A DNA stretch of 59,732 nucleotides from an uncultured Methanosarcinales archaeon. Its GTDB lineage: Archaea > Nanobdellota > Nanobdellia > Woesearchaeales > CAZYIM01. The stretch is from positions 1 through 59,732 of the forward strand of contig CAZYIM010000013.1 in assembly GCA_964647565.1 (NCBI GenBank). The letters are read 5' to 3'. This document shows, piece by piece, positions 1 through 9,873 of this stretch; the first letter of the stretch is position 1; the number at the start of each line of letters is the position of its first letter. The notes below the pieces were generated by a model that worked only from the letters and a program-made list of their open reading frames with translations, did not search any database and was not told where the DNA came from. The translations under genes were made by a program, and so were the position numbers.

Positions 1-57
1 ATTGAAGAAGCAATAACGAAAAAATGGATTACTAGGGAATGGATAGCGAATAAATGA
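1..57 (+). CDS. Possible 3' end of a gene entering from the left edge (…IEEAITKKWITREWIANK*)
   Basis: Open frame from position 1 to TGA at 55-57; too short to assign. Confidence 0.25.
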   Translation: MEEAITKKWITREWIANK

Positions 58-386
58 TATGATAAAGCATTTTAAAAAAAAAGCTTGTTGAACTTTTACT
101 CTTTTGAGTTTAAAACATTGCTCAATAGAAACTCTTTAAGTCAACTCTTTTCTGTTCGATGTTTATTCAAAAGTTTCCCAAGAAAAAATATCAACAGATC
201 ATAAGCAAACATCCCAAGTCTTAATGCCCTAATAAACAATCGCAGGAACCTGATTATTTTTATCATAAGTAAGTAATAGCTGTACATATTTAATATAACT
301 TTTGCAGAAAAAAGCGGAAGATTTTCGATTATACTATTAATTCGTAATGAGTTGAAAGAATAAAAAAAATTAGTTCATAAACTGCA

Positions 387-2255
387 TTAAAAGTTGATCT
401 TCTCGGGCGGCCATCCCGCATTTTTCAGCTCTTCACGGATCTGATCATCAGTCTTGCCTGCTGCTTTGGCTTTCTTCACATAGTATGCAATCTCAGGGTC
501 TATGTTTTTAGGCTTTGGAACTGTAGGCTGATTTTCAGCTCCTGTCATAGCCTGTTTTTTCTTGCCAAGAACCAAGAAAAGGACAACAATAACTAAAACT
601 ACGATTACACCAATAAGGACATATATTAGAATGTCACCTTCTTTCTCAGGATCCGGTTCCCCTACTGTTGGATCATCTGTTCCCGCAGTTACAGGATCTG
701 AAGCAGGCAGATCAGATGTATCAGGATCTGAAGGGGGAGGTGTTGAAACAGGCGGATCTGACGTCTCAGGATCTGAAGGAGGTGGATCTGACGGCGGAGG
801 TTGTTCTGCCATTCCTGTTTCAGTATAATCAAGAGCCACGCAATTACCATCAACGCACTTTTCAAAGCTCTCACAAGTTATAAAGCCGCATTCATCAGCA
901 TTCTCAAAATCTATATCAATCTTATAGTTCCATATATTATTGGCAAGATAAGATTGTTTATTGTATATTTTTAAATAAACTTGCCCCATAGTTGCAGTAT
1001 TAAATATTGTCTTTGCAATAGCACCTTCATTGTTACTTCCCCCTTTAGCAATCTCTTCACGATCAATATTATAAACCATCACTCCAATTTGTGAATCTGT
1101 AGTCGGAGTGACTCTTATAGTAACAACAACATCATCAGGTACATTCAACTTCATTATATCCAGCTTATCATTGTAATACAAAGAGTTTTTTTCATAATCC
1201 CTAGGCTCAATTTCCAAGGCATTTCCAAAATCTCCCGCAGCATCTGAACCACTAGCTGCATCATCACGGGGTAAAAGCTCAACCTTCAATATGAACTGCT
1301 CCCAAGGATAACCTTTATCCCCCTCAAGTCGAATATAACGTAGGTGGCCCTCATCTGCATGTGTTGGAGGATAAGACAATACATATTCCGAACTGGTCTT
1401 TGATGTTGCAGTTAATGAGTCCCACGAAACCTGATCTTTGTTTTCATCATAAATCTCAATATCGCCAAAAACATACTCCCCTGAAGCTTCCACAAAAACC
1501 CTGGCATTAAGCAATTCAGCTTCAGGTACCTGGATTTTATAATAGAACTCTGTTTGCTGGTCCTCGTACTGACCATTGTATTTAATGCCATACTGACCCG
1601 GAGTTATAAGAGGTGCAGTATCAAAAGATGTACCAGGGGAAACACCAATAATTGCTTCTTTTAATACCTCAAAGATTGCTTCCAGATCATCGGCAGAGGT
1701 TGTATCATAGTAAGAACCGCCGCCTTTCTTAGCAACACATGTCAACTGCTCTTTACCTCTCTCATCGATGTCAAATCCTACTGAATAAACAGTAACATAT
1801 TCATTGGCTAGGCTTTCTATTTTTGTACAAGGATCACCCTCGCATGTTTCTCCGCCGTCGCTTACCAGAATAATAAAATTCTTCTCTTTTTCCTTGCCTA
1901 TGAAATCTTGGTATGCAGCAACAATAGACACCTCAATCGGCGTAGTTTGGGCTGCCTGAAGAGATAACAATGCTGTTGACAGCTTTAATTTATCAGCTGT
2001 GAAATCAACTATCTTTCTAGATTGACAGGCTGGAATATTTGAGCCAAAAGCACGGAAAGTAACAACAGTGTCCGCAGGAATTGTCTGTATAAAGTCATTG
2101 ATCATGTCCTTGGCTATTTCCATTTTAGGTACGCCATCAATCTCTTCAGTCATGCTGCCGGATGCATCAATTATAATCTCAACATTGGTTGCAGCGACAG
2201 TTGTTGCTAGAATCAGACAAAGCAATATCATAATAAGAATTATTTTATTCATCAT
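387..2255 (-). CDS. Secreted, membrane-anchored von Willebrand factor A (VWA) domain surface protein
   Basis: Signal peptide; MIDAS motif DASGS plus T and LVSDG; two beta-rich repeat domains; Cys-rich segment; P/S/D-rich linker; C-terminal TM helix and short cytoplasmic helical tail ending GWPPEKI. Confidence 0.85.
   Translation of the reverse strand: MMNKIILIMILLCLILATTVAATNVEIIIDASGSMTEEIDGVPKMEIAKDMINDFIQTIPADTVVTFRAFGSNIPACQSRKIVDFTADKLKLSTALLSLQAAQTTPIEVSIVAAYQDFIGKEKEKNFIILVSDGGETCEGDPCTKIESLANEYVTVYSVGFDIDERGKEQLTCVAKKGGGSYYDTTSADDLEAIFEVLKEAIIGVSPGTSFDTAPLITPGQYGIKYNGQYEDQQTEFYYKIQVPEAELLNARVFVEASGEYVFGDIEIYDENKDQVSWDSLTATSKTSSEYVLSYPPTHADEGHLRYIRLEGDKGYPWEQFILKVELLPRDDAASGSDAAGDFGNALEIEPRDYEKNSLYYNDKLDIMKLNVPDDVVVTIRVTPTTDSQIGVMVYNIDREEIAKGGSNNEGAIAKTIFNTATMGQVYLKIYNKQSYLANNIWNYKIDIDFENADECGFITCESFEKCVDGNCVALDYTETGMAEQPPPSDPPPSDPETSDPPVSTPPPSDPDTSDLPASDPVTAGTDDPTVGEPDPEKEGDILIYVLIGVIVVLVIVVLFLVLGKKKQAMTGAENQPTVPKPKNIDPEIAYYVKKAKAAGKTDDQIREELKNAGWPPEKINF
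660..800 (-). repeat. Coding low-complexity repeat (PPSDP/xSDP units) in the VWA protein linker
   Basis: GGATCTGA recurs at 694, 724, 754, 769 and 784 (15/30-nt spacing). Confidence 0.8.
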
Positions 2256-2423
2256 AGTCTCACCTTAGAATAAATTCTGGACGTTCCTATATAAAAAGAT
2301 TACGAATAATTTAAACTAAAATATTTTTTAGGTTCATAAGTTTTCAAATACCAATTCACCACAAAATCGCTAAATCAAGATTCATCAAAGATGGGATAGT
2401 CTATTAAAAATATCTATAAAATT

Positions 2424-2448
2424 AAAAAAAAAAAAAAAAAAAAAAAAA
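2424..2448 (-). terminator. 25-nt poly(T) tract immediately after the proC stop; oligo-U terminator candidate (length may be an assembly artefact)
   Basis: A25 on + strand directly abutting the stop codon at 2449-2451. Confidence 0.5.
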
Positions 2449-3222
2449 TTATTTACAGGCATCAATAGTATACTTTGCACAGTCTTTCATCAAACTGTAA
2501 GCCCTGTTCTTGGTTAAAAAACCGTTTAGCTTTTCTGTAAAACTACCTTTGGCTGCAACTAGGTTGTATATGTCATCACCAGTCATACCATCTCTTAAAA
2601 GCTTTGCTATCCCTTCTAAAGTCGCAGCATAGATTATTCTTGCATCATCTCTTGTCAGACCATCTAACGCAGTAATTTTATGCTCTAATCCTTTTGCCAG
2701 CAACCCTGCATCACAGGCAATCCATGTTCTATCAGCCAAGGAGTTTTCTATTACGTTTTTTGCAGACTGTCCAAAGATATATTTAACAGCAACTTCATCT
2801 TCTGGGGTGTTCTTAGAACTGAAAGCATAGGTAGCCAATTCTGCCTCAACAGAGATACCAGTCATCACCCTACAAACTCTTGAGTCATAAAGATTACTTT
2901 CCAAATCTTCAAGTTTCTTGGCAGCAGCAAGGGAAATCACCAATTTGCCACTGGCAGACGCCCTAATCTCCTGACAAACCCCATCAATTAAGCAAGGTTT
3001 TACGCCAAGAATGACAATGTTGGACTTTTCTACAGCATAGTTATTGTCCTTGCTTACCTCGATTCCGTACTTGTTTTTCAATTCTTCCAGACTTTGTTCA
3101 TTCCTTCTTGTCGCAATAATTTTCTGATGTCCTTTTTTTATGAGGGCATTAACAACAGCAGTCCCAAGATTTCCGGCTCCAATCACAGAAATAGTTATAT
3201 CCTTAAAAAGGAATATATTCAT
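2449..3222 (-). CDS. proC: Pyrroline-5-carboxylate reductase family protein (divergent C-terminus); start uncertain
   Basis: Rossmann IGAGNLG, ILGVKP, ISLAA, RVM; canonical SPGGTT appears as AKGSFT. ATG at 3222 used; see frameshift finding. Confidence 0.7.
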   Translation of the reverse strand: MNIFLFKDITISVIGAGNLGTAVVNALIKKGHQKIIATRRNEQSLEELKNKYGIEVSKDNNYAVEKSNIVILGVKPCLIDGVCQEIRASASGKLVISLAAAKKLEDLESNLYDSRVCRVMTGISVEAELATYAFSSKNTPEDEVAVKYIFGQSAKNVIENSLADRTWIACDAGLLAKGLEHKITALDGLTRDDARIIYAATLEGIAKLLRDGMTGDDIYNLVAAKGSFTEKLNGFLTKNRAYSLMKDCAKYTIDACK

Positions 3223-3365
3223 CGGTAATACCAAGAGCTTCCTTGCCCCCTCCTTCAAATTTTTCTATTTTTTGGTCAAGTTCCATTTTCATTTCCTCCG
3301 TTATTTTAGAAATATCCCCAAATTTTTTTTAAACTAGGGATTTAAAAACAATAGAGGCACTTACT

Positions 3366-3385
3366 GTGCCGGCACGGGATTTGAA
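3366..3385 (-). other. Possible tRNA 3'-end fragment (T-loop plus acceptor-like TTCAAATCCCGTGCCGGCAC)
   Basis: GC-rich 20-mer in AT-rich intergenic DNA resembling TTCRAATCCC…GGCA; no matching 5' half seen. Confidence 0.3.
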
Positions 3386-3628
3386 GAATAAAATCTAATA
3401 AAACCAGAATTTACAGATTGTAAGCATATTTTCATTCCCATACTAACGAGGAAACTACACTACTTTTTAAAACTTTTTAAATTCAAGTTAAAATGTATAC
3501 TCTTTTCAGATTGGTTTTAATTTTATCTTTGTAAGTCTGGCTCTGCTTTGCTTTGGAGGGGCATTCTACCTGCCGTTTGCCAAAAAGAGTGCTTTAAAGA
3601 ATAAATTTAAATATTCTACAATAGAAAA

Positions 3629-4003
3629 ATGAATATGCAAAAAATTAACATTATAATTCTATTACTTTCTTTATTTCTAGTTATAGGCTGTCAACAAAAA
3701 CTCGATTGCCCTTCTGCAAACGGCCAAAACATTAGATATGTAGATGTTTCTACGTTTGATTTGAATCTTAGCCAAGACAGATCATTCATACTCAATCAAA
3801 CCATTCTTGACTTAATAGACCAGTCTTCTGTTGCAGATGGTTTCTGGATGAATGCAAACTGTAAAAGCAGATCTATCTATACAATATATGTAAACAATAC
3901 TGAAATGGAAGTCAGTAAAGATGAATATGATAACTTTATTAAAATATATAATACCTCATGCCATGGCTGTGTCAAGATTATTGAGATGAGACGATTTGTC
4001 TGA
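3629..4003 (+). CDS. Hypothetical lipoprotein-like secreted protein
   Basis: Hydrophobic N-terminus ending LVIGC; TTTAAATA box about 20 nt upstream. Confidence 0.6.
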   Translation: MNMQKINIIILLLSLFLVIGCQQKLDCPSANGQNIRYVDVSTFDLNLSQDRSFILNQTILDLIDQSSVADGFWMNANCKSRSIYTIYVNNTEMEVSKDEYDNFIKIYNTSCHGCVKIIEMRRFV

Positions 4004-4067
4004 GTTTAAATTCTCATTTAGAAAATCTAAGAAAGGTTTATATAACAAATAACAATGCCAGGACTAT

Positions 4068-4808
4068 ATGAAATTTAAACTGCTAAATCTTAATCTTTGG
4101 CTAATTCCAAGACCATTTTCAATACAGCTTAAGCAAAGGGTCCATGGTTTCTTAAGTATTGTTGAAGATCTTCAGCCAGATGTGATTAATCTTCAGGAGG
4201 TGTGGACCACTAAGTGGGTAAACTATCTGAAAGGGAAATTAAAAGGATATCATCTGATATCAAATCACGGACTTTTTTACAACACAAAGGGCTTGGTAAT
4301 TTTTTCAAAGATCAAACCAAAAACCACTATTAAAAAACAGTTGATCAGACCAAGACAACAAAATCTTCTAGAGTCATTGATTGGCAGAGGATATATTGCA
4401 ATCACCCTACCTGTCAATGAAAAGTTGCTTACCATCTATAATACACACCTATATTCACCCATATTCAAAGGCGAAGAGAAGCTTACCATACGACAGTTCA
4501 AGGAACTGAAAAGATCTGCTATAAGACAAAACTTGATTCTTTCAGGAGATCTAAACCTACCACGGCCAAGATTACTCGAGCTAAACCAGAACTACTTTGT
4601 GGAGGATGGAATTGACGAGTTCTCGATCTCAGAGAAAAACTATTACCAAAATGTAAGGATTAACATGCTATTAAAGGGCGATCTAAAGACTGACTATATC
4701 TTACACAAGGCAGAATCCTTGAAAATAAAACTGCTCAATGCAAAATTAATCAAACAACCTGAAGTCTCAGACCACTACCCTTTGTTTGCCGAGTTCGAAA
4801 TAAAATGA
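4068..4808 (+). CDS. Endonuclease/exonuclease/phosphatase (EEP) family protein
   Basis: Motifs NLNLW, DVINLQEV, NTHL, GDLN, DYI, SDHYP. Confidence 0.9.
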   Translation: MKFKLLNLNLWLIPRPFSIQLKQRVHGFLSIVEDLQPDVINLQEVWTTKWVNYLKGKLKGYHLISNHGLFYNTKGLVIFSKIKPKTTIKKQLIRPRQQNLLESLIGRGYIAITLPVNEKLLTIYNTHLYSPIFKGEEKLTIRQFKELKRSAIRQNLILSGDLNLPRPRLLELNQNYFVEDGIDEFSISEKNYYQNVRINMLLKGDLKTDYILHKAESLKIKLLNAKLIKQPEVSDHYPLFAEFEIK

Positions 4809-5197
4809 AAAAAAGAGCAGCAGTCCTAATCATAGATAAAGATAAGATATTACTCATACATAGGATAAAAAATGGCATAGAGTATTATGTCATTCCTGGC
4901 GGTAACATCGAGGAAGGCGAATCTCCTGAAAAAACAGCTATTAGGGAAGCCAAAGAGGAAACCAATCTTGATATTGAACTTGGCGAACTTTTTTATGAAG
5001 TCAAGAACAAAGCATTTCATGGATTCTATTTCTTAGTCAAGAGTTTCAAGGGCGAACAAAGGATAATCGGAGAAGAGCTTGATAGAATGTCTGAAGATAA
5101 TCAATATCATCTGGAATGGCATAAGCTAAAAGAAATAAAAAATATCCCTCTTGTTCCTAAAGATATTAAGAGGAAACTGATTGCAAAGTTTTCTTGA
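4805..5197 (+). CDS. NUDIX hydrolase
   Basis: Nudix box GGNIEEGESPEKTAIREAKEETNL; ATGA overlap with EEP gene. Confidence 0.92.
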   Translation: MKKRAAVLIIDKDKILLIHRIKNGIEYYVIPGGNIEEGESPEKTAIREAKEETNLDIELGELFYEVKNKAFHGFYFLVKSFKGEQRIIGEELDRMSEDNQYHLEWHKLKEIKNIPLVPKDIKRKLIAKFS

Positions 5198-5198
5198 T

Positions 5199-5912
5199 TC
5201 ACTCAACACTGCTGACACTACCCGAGCCGCTTATGGTTTGGGTAACCTGGGGAGTTCCTTTATATTTTACATCTCCTGAACCACTGATTATGATATCAAG
5301 CATATTCTTAGCAAACACTTCGCTTCTACCAGAACCACTTATCCCAATCTTGGTATTCTCTGTCTCCAGATCAAATGCATTTAAATTTCCTGAGCCTGCC
5401 AGATTGTAGTCATGAGTCCCTGCATGGCCAGACAATTCAACATCTCCAGAACCCGCTATGGTTGTGCTAAGATTTCCAACATCCATATCAACTTTAATAT
5501 CTCCTGAACCGCTTAATACAAGGTCAATCTTGGCAGTTTCTATCTTCCCTGTGCTAATTATATTTCCTGAACCTGCAAGAGATAATTTTTTCACTTCATC
5601 CATAGCCACATGATACTTTATAGGGCTGCTCCCTTTAAAACAGTCTATCTTCCTCTGAATAACCAACACATCATCTGTGACAAAGGTCTCTATATGATCC
5701 ATCGCATTATCCTCTGCCTCAATCACCAAGCGTCTGCTATCATTTTGTGTAATAATAATGTCTCCTGTGCCCCGAAGCTCAACACTCCTATATAAGGGCA
5801 CACTTCTCTTTTCAAAAACAACATTGCCTGAACCCTTTTCGCAAAAACAGCCGCTTAAGAAGAATAAACTTGCTGCTGTTAAAAATATAATTACTAATAA
5901 TTTTTTCATCAT
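5199..5912 (-). CDS. DUF2807 / GIN-domain lipoprotein (adhesin-head-like beta-helix)
   Basis: Lipobox LSGC; repeated xxSGSGx motifs typical of DUF2807. Confidence 0.85.
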   Translation of the reverse strand: MMKKLLVIIFLTAASLFFLSGCFCEKGSGNVVFEKRSVPLYRSVELRGTGDIIITQNDSRRLVIEAEDNAMDHIETFVTDDVLVIQRKIDCFKGSSPIKYHVAMDEVKKLSLAGSGNIISTGKIETAKIDLVLSGSGDIKVDMDVGNLSTTIAGSGDVELSGHAGTHDYNLAGSGNLNAFDLETENTKIGISGSGRSEVFAKNMLDIIISGSGDVKYKGTPQVTQTISGSGSVSSVE

Positions 5913-5913
5913 A

Positions 5914-7083
5914 TCACCCCTCTTTCTTAGTTTTAATACCTTCTATAATTTTTAACATGATCGGACCGATAACAGTGGTCACAACTGACATCAAGATAAT
6001 TGCTGTCACAACAACTGAATCCAGAATGCCCAATGATGAAGCAACATAGGTCACTGCAAGAGTTGTAGTGATCTGAATTATTGATGCAGAGCCGAAAAAA
6101 GCTGAGTCTTTCCAGGAAAGCTTGACTAACCTTCCAGCAATTAAGCCGCTTACAAACTTGGAAATAATCAATCCAAAGACAATAGCAATTATTATCAGGT
6201 TGCCAGTGCCAATCTGCTTGAAAACAGCCAGATCCATTTCCATACCTACAATGAAAAAGAAAATTGGAACGAAGAATCCATATCCTAAAGTGTGAAATTT
6301 GGTAAAGATCTGTTCTGATGTAAACACTAGGGTCAGACCGACAATAAAAGCTGCAAGTATTGGATGCACGCCTAATAGATGAAAGTAAACAAGCACAGCG
6401 ATTAGAATCACAATCACATATCTTATCTGGTTCTCATGACCTGATTTACCTCGAAAATATTTGGTAAAAACCCATTTAGTCATCTTGGGAATCAGAAAAA
6501 ACAGACCTGCAATTGACAAGACAATGATTGTATAATACAAAGGCAGAGGAAGCTTGGTTATGGGTGCCAGCTTCTGAAAGATAAAACTCAGAATTACCAG
6601 GCTGATAACATCCAATACCAGAATGGCAGACAGGATAAGTTGTCCTACAGACTTATGGAAAAGTCCTGCTGACTTTAGAGAAGGCACAACCACAGCTACA
6701 GAAGAGGAGATAAAGATCGTTCCAATAAGGAAGCTTGTCAACCAGGAATAGCCAAAACTCCTTCCAATCAGAAGCCCTACAAGAAAGGGTATTACACCAT
6801 TTATTGCTGCCATGACTATCAGTTTTGATTTCAGGCTTTTCAACTTGGTAATATCTGTCTCAAGACCTGCCATGAACATCAGAAAAGTCATACCTAGAAA
6901 ACCCAGTAGTTCAATTGTTAGGTTGGGTTGTATAAAATTCACTCCATGGGGCCCCAAAATAGCTCCAAGCAGGATCAGAGATGTCACAAAGGGAATCCTC
7001 AATTTTTTAAACACCTCGGGCACTATTAAGCCTAGTGCAAGAATTAATAACAGAGGAATTAACATGCTCTCGGCGCCAGCCAT
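5914..7083 (-). CDS. Cation:proton antiporter (CPA2/KefB-like)
   Basis: About 12 TM helices; LMFMAGLE, SSSVAVV, FFVPIFFFIVG. Start moved to ATG 7083 (MAGAES). Confidence 0.88.
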   Translation of the reverse strand: MAGAESMLIPLLLILALGLIVPEVFKKLRIPFVTSLILLGAILGPHGVNFIQPNLTIELLGFLGMTFLMFMAGLETDITKLKSLKSKLIVMAAINGVIPFLVGLLIGRSFGYSWLTSFLIGTIFISSSVAVVVPSLKSAGLFHKSVGQLILSAILVLDVISLVILSFIFQKLAPITKLPLPLYYTIIVLSIAGLFFLIPKMTKWVFTKYFRGKSGHENQIRYVIVILIAVLVYFHLLGVHPILAAFIVGLTLVFTSEQIFTKFHTLGYGFFVPIFFFIVGMEMDLAVFKQIGTGNLIIIAIVFGLIISKFVSGLIAGRLVKLSWKDSAFFGSASIIQITTTLAVTYVASSLGILDSVVVTAIILMSVVTTVIGPIMLKIIEGIKTKKEG

Positions 7084-7170
7084 GACAGGGTTGAATGGAG
7101 AGTAGTTTAAAAAGTTTACTCGAATGATAAAAGCTAAACTTATATATAATAGTTCAGTCAAATAAAAGCC

Positions 7171-7524
7171 ATGAAAGAGAAATCCTTGAAAATCCTTAAA
7201 GAATTGATAATCGAAATTATTGCATTTTTCATCTTGACTTTTTCTATGGCATTATTTTGGAAGCATAATCTGTTATTATCAGGAATTTATCTTGTTGGTT
7301 TCTTTTCAGCAATGATATTCTGGAAAGATAGGTCAGATATAGCAATTTTTGTAATTGCAGCAGTTTTCTTTCAGATAGGAGAATTGATAATTGTTTATTT
7401 TGGTGCATGGACATATAACAATCCTAGCTACCTAAATATTCCTCTATGGTTAGGCCTAAGCTGGGGATACATAGCAGTAATAATAAAGAGATTCGGAATT
7501 ACAGTAACAAAAGCCCTTTCTTAA
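7171..7524 (+). CDS. Small membrane protein, DUF2878-like
   Basis: Four TM segments; GAWTY…IPLWL…WG motif. Confidence 0.6.
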   Translation: MKEKSLKILKELIIEIIAFFILTFSMALFWKHNLLLSGIYLVGFFSAMIFWKDRSDIAIFVIAAVFFQIGELIIVYFGAWTYNNPSYLNIPLWLGLSWGYIAVIIKRFGITVTKALS

Positions 7525-7616
7525 TTGAATTTCCCGATTTTAGCCTAGCGATTTTAAGGCAAATATAATGAATATTTGAGATAAAGTTTTTAAATAAATT
7601 CATAATACATCCTAAT

Positions 7617-9806
7617 ATGACAGGCAATGGGAACTCTAAGAATGGTAAGAAGTTCGGCACCTTTTCAGGAGTGATGGTACCATCAATTCTGGCCATATTA
7701 GGCGCTGTAATGTATCTTATAGTGCCCAAAGTACTAGGCGGAGTAGGTCTTGTAAAGATGCTGCTCATTTTAGTTCTCGCGCATTCAATTACTATTGCAA
7801 CAGCATTCTCAATTTCAGCGATTGCAACCAACATCAATGTCAAAGGTGGAGGACTCTATTATCTGATATCCCGAAGCCTTGGCAGGGCATTTGGAGGCAG
7901 CATGGGCATACAACTGTTTTTAGCCCAGACAATAGCGTCAGCCTTCTATACAATTGCTTTTACCAAAGCTCTGCATGCAATGTTGTTGAATATTAATATT
8001 TTCTTTCCTGAGAAATACCTCGCTATGATCTGCTATCTTATATTCTTCTTCATAGTATTCAGAGGAGCCAAGTTTGTGATTAAACTTCAATACGTAATAC
8101 TTGCCACTATAATTTTATCCTTGGCTTCAATATTCCTAGCACCAGATATAGGTACTTTTGCTGCAAACCTGGCAGGAACCAATGGCCAGATGCTTCCATT
8201 CTGGGTAGCTTTTGCCTTATTCTTCCCGGCAGTTACGGGAATAGATGCGGGAGTTGGTATGAGCGGAGACCTGAAGAATCCTCGAAAGAGTCTTGTAACA
8301 GGAACATTTGTCTCGATTATTGTTACTTTTGGAGTCTATGTCTTCTTGGTAATTAAGTTGGCTCATTCTGCTTCACCAATGGATCTTAGCACAGATGTGC
8401 TGATCATTAAGAATATTGCATATTTCTCACCGTTGATTTACGCAGGAATATTAGTAGCTACAATATCTTCGGCCTTAAGCTGCATGATGACAGCGCCAAG
8501 ATCACTAAGAGCAATGACAACAGACCGTGTCTTGCCTAAAAAACTGAGTATACTAGCCAAATCTTTCGGCAACAGCACTGAACCACACTATTCATTGATT
8601 GTTGCTTTCATAATAGCAGAAATTGTCCTTTTCATAGGAGGCCTCGATTTTGTCTCGATAGTAGTAGGTATGTTCTTCCTGAATGTCTATGGCTGGATCA
8701 ATGGCGCAGCATTTCTCGAGAAGATCAGCAAAAACCCAAGCTACAGACCAACCTTCAATGCACCCTCAATCATTTCACTTTTTGGAATGCTTGCATGTTA
8801 TTTTGTGATGTACCTATTCAATCCCTGGGTGATGCTTGGGGGCATTGCATTCCAGATAATTGTCTTTATTATCCTAACCAGAAATCATGAAACCATCAAG
8901 ATGGAGAGTGTTTGGGAAGGAGTACTGTTCCAGCTTTTCAGGAGCATCTTAAATAAGATCGAGACCAACTACTCTGGCAAGAAGAACTGGAGGCCTACTA
9001 TGGTCAGCTTTTCCTTACATGAGCAAAACAGGAATCTTATGATCTCTCTGATAGACAGTATCAGTTCAAACAGGAGTATAATGAAGCTGTATATCTTGAT
9101 AAAAGGAAGAATTTCAAAAAAATCTATTACTAAAAAAAATACCGAGGAGCAAGTACATGAACATCTAAAAGAGAATGAAATGGGAATCTTCCCAATATGT
9201 ATCATAACCCAAAATTATAAATCAACAATTGAAACTGTAATCCAAAGCGAAACTATTGGTAACCTATCTTTGAATACTGTATTGATTGATTATGATGATA
9301 GGTTGCCGCTGCATGAGATTGCAAATATCTCTTCTAAATTACGTAAAAATTTCCTTATCCTGAGAAATAAATCAGGCATCACGAATTTCCATAAGATCGA
9401 TGTCTGGTGGAGCAGCCCAACGAACGGTAATCTGGCCTTGATGATTGCACACTTAGTAACACTTTCAAGGCAGTGGAAAGAGCATAATCCTGTCATCAGG
9501 GTTTTTAATGTGGTTGCCCATAAGAATGATTATCATGCTGCCAGAGAAAGGCTGCATAGGATGGTAACAACTTCAAGGATAGAGAATGTTGAATGCAATG
9601 TCATTGTCAAGAAGAAGGATGAAGAGATGAGCAAGATCATATCCAAGAACTCTTCTTTTGCAGACCTGGTCATAATCGGTTTCTCAAAACTAGGAAAGGT
9701 CAAGGCAGATCAAGAATGCTTGCAGAGAATTAGGGAGTATACCAATAATCTAAATGCCTCATTGATTGTCAGCGCACATTATGAGATTGACTTTAAAGTA
9801 AACTAG
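7617..9806 (+). CDS. Cation-chloride cotransporter (SLC12/APC family) with C-terminal cytoplasmic domain
   Basis: FGTFSGV, GGGLYYLISRSLG, FFPAVTGI, SGDLKNP, KNWRP, IDVWW. Confidence 0.9.
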   Translation: MTGNGNSKNGKKFGTFSGVMVPSILAILGAVMYLIVPKVLGGVGLVKMLLILVLAHSITIATAFSISAIATNINVKGGGLYYLISRSLGRAFGGSMGIQLFLAQTIASAFYTIAFTKALHAMLLNINIFFPEKYLAMICYLIFFFIVFRGAKFVIKLQYVILATIILSLASIFLAPDIGTFAANLAGTNGQMLPFWVAFALFFPAVTGIDAGVGMSGDLKNPRKSLVTGTFVSIIVTFGVYVFLVIKLAHSASPMDLSTDVLIIKNIAYFSPLIYAGILVATISSALSCMMTAPRSLRAMTTDRVLPKKLSILAKSFGNSTEPHYSLIVAFIIAEIVLFIGGLDFVSIVVGMFFLNVYGWINGAAFLEKISKNPSYRPTFNAPSIISLFGMLACYFVMYLFNPWVMLGGIAFQIIVFIILTRNHETIKMESVWEGVLFQLFRSILNKIETNYSGKKNWRPTMVSFSLHEQNRNLMISLIDSISSNRSIMKLYILIKGRISKKSITKKNTEEQVHEHLKENEMGIFPICIITQNYKSTIETVIQSETIGNLSLNTVLIDYDDRLPLHEIANISSKLRKNFLILRNKSGITNFHKIDVWWSSPTNGNLALMIAHLVTLSRQWKEHNPVIRVFNVVAHKNDYHAARERLHRMVTTSRIENVECNVIVKKKDEEMSKIISKNSSFADLVIIGFSKLGKVKADQECLQRIREYTNNLNASLIVSAHYEIDFKVN

Positions 9807-9873
9807 TCCTATAACTACTCCGAAGTAGAAAAAATCATAAGATATAAAAACTAAGTCTGACTACCTCTCCTCT

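Noticed and set aside
141..266. 41-codon minus-strand ORF (MIKIIRFLRLFIRALRLG…)
   Set aside because: No SD, no recognisable motif; compatible with chance in AT-rich DNA.
562..883. Antisense/alternate-frame ORFs over the VWA linker (e.g. 562-828 +)
   Set aside because: Shadows of the repetitive Pro/Ser/Asp coding sequence.
2424..2448. Poly(A) tail of a retro-element
   Set aside because: No target-site duplication or reverse transcriptase; its position right after a stop codon fits a U-tract terminator or homopolymer artefact.
3535..3595. Structured ncRNA or 5' half of an intron-split tRNA
   Set aside because: Slightly GC-richer with weak pairing, but no convincing D-arm, anticodon arm or acceptor complement to the 3366-3385 fragment.
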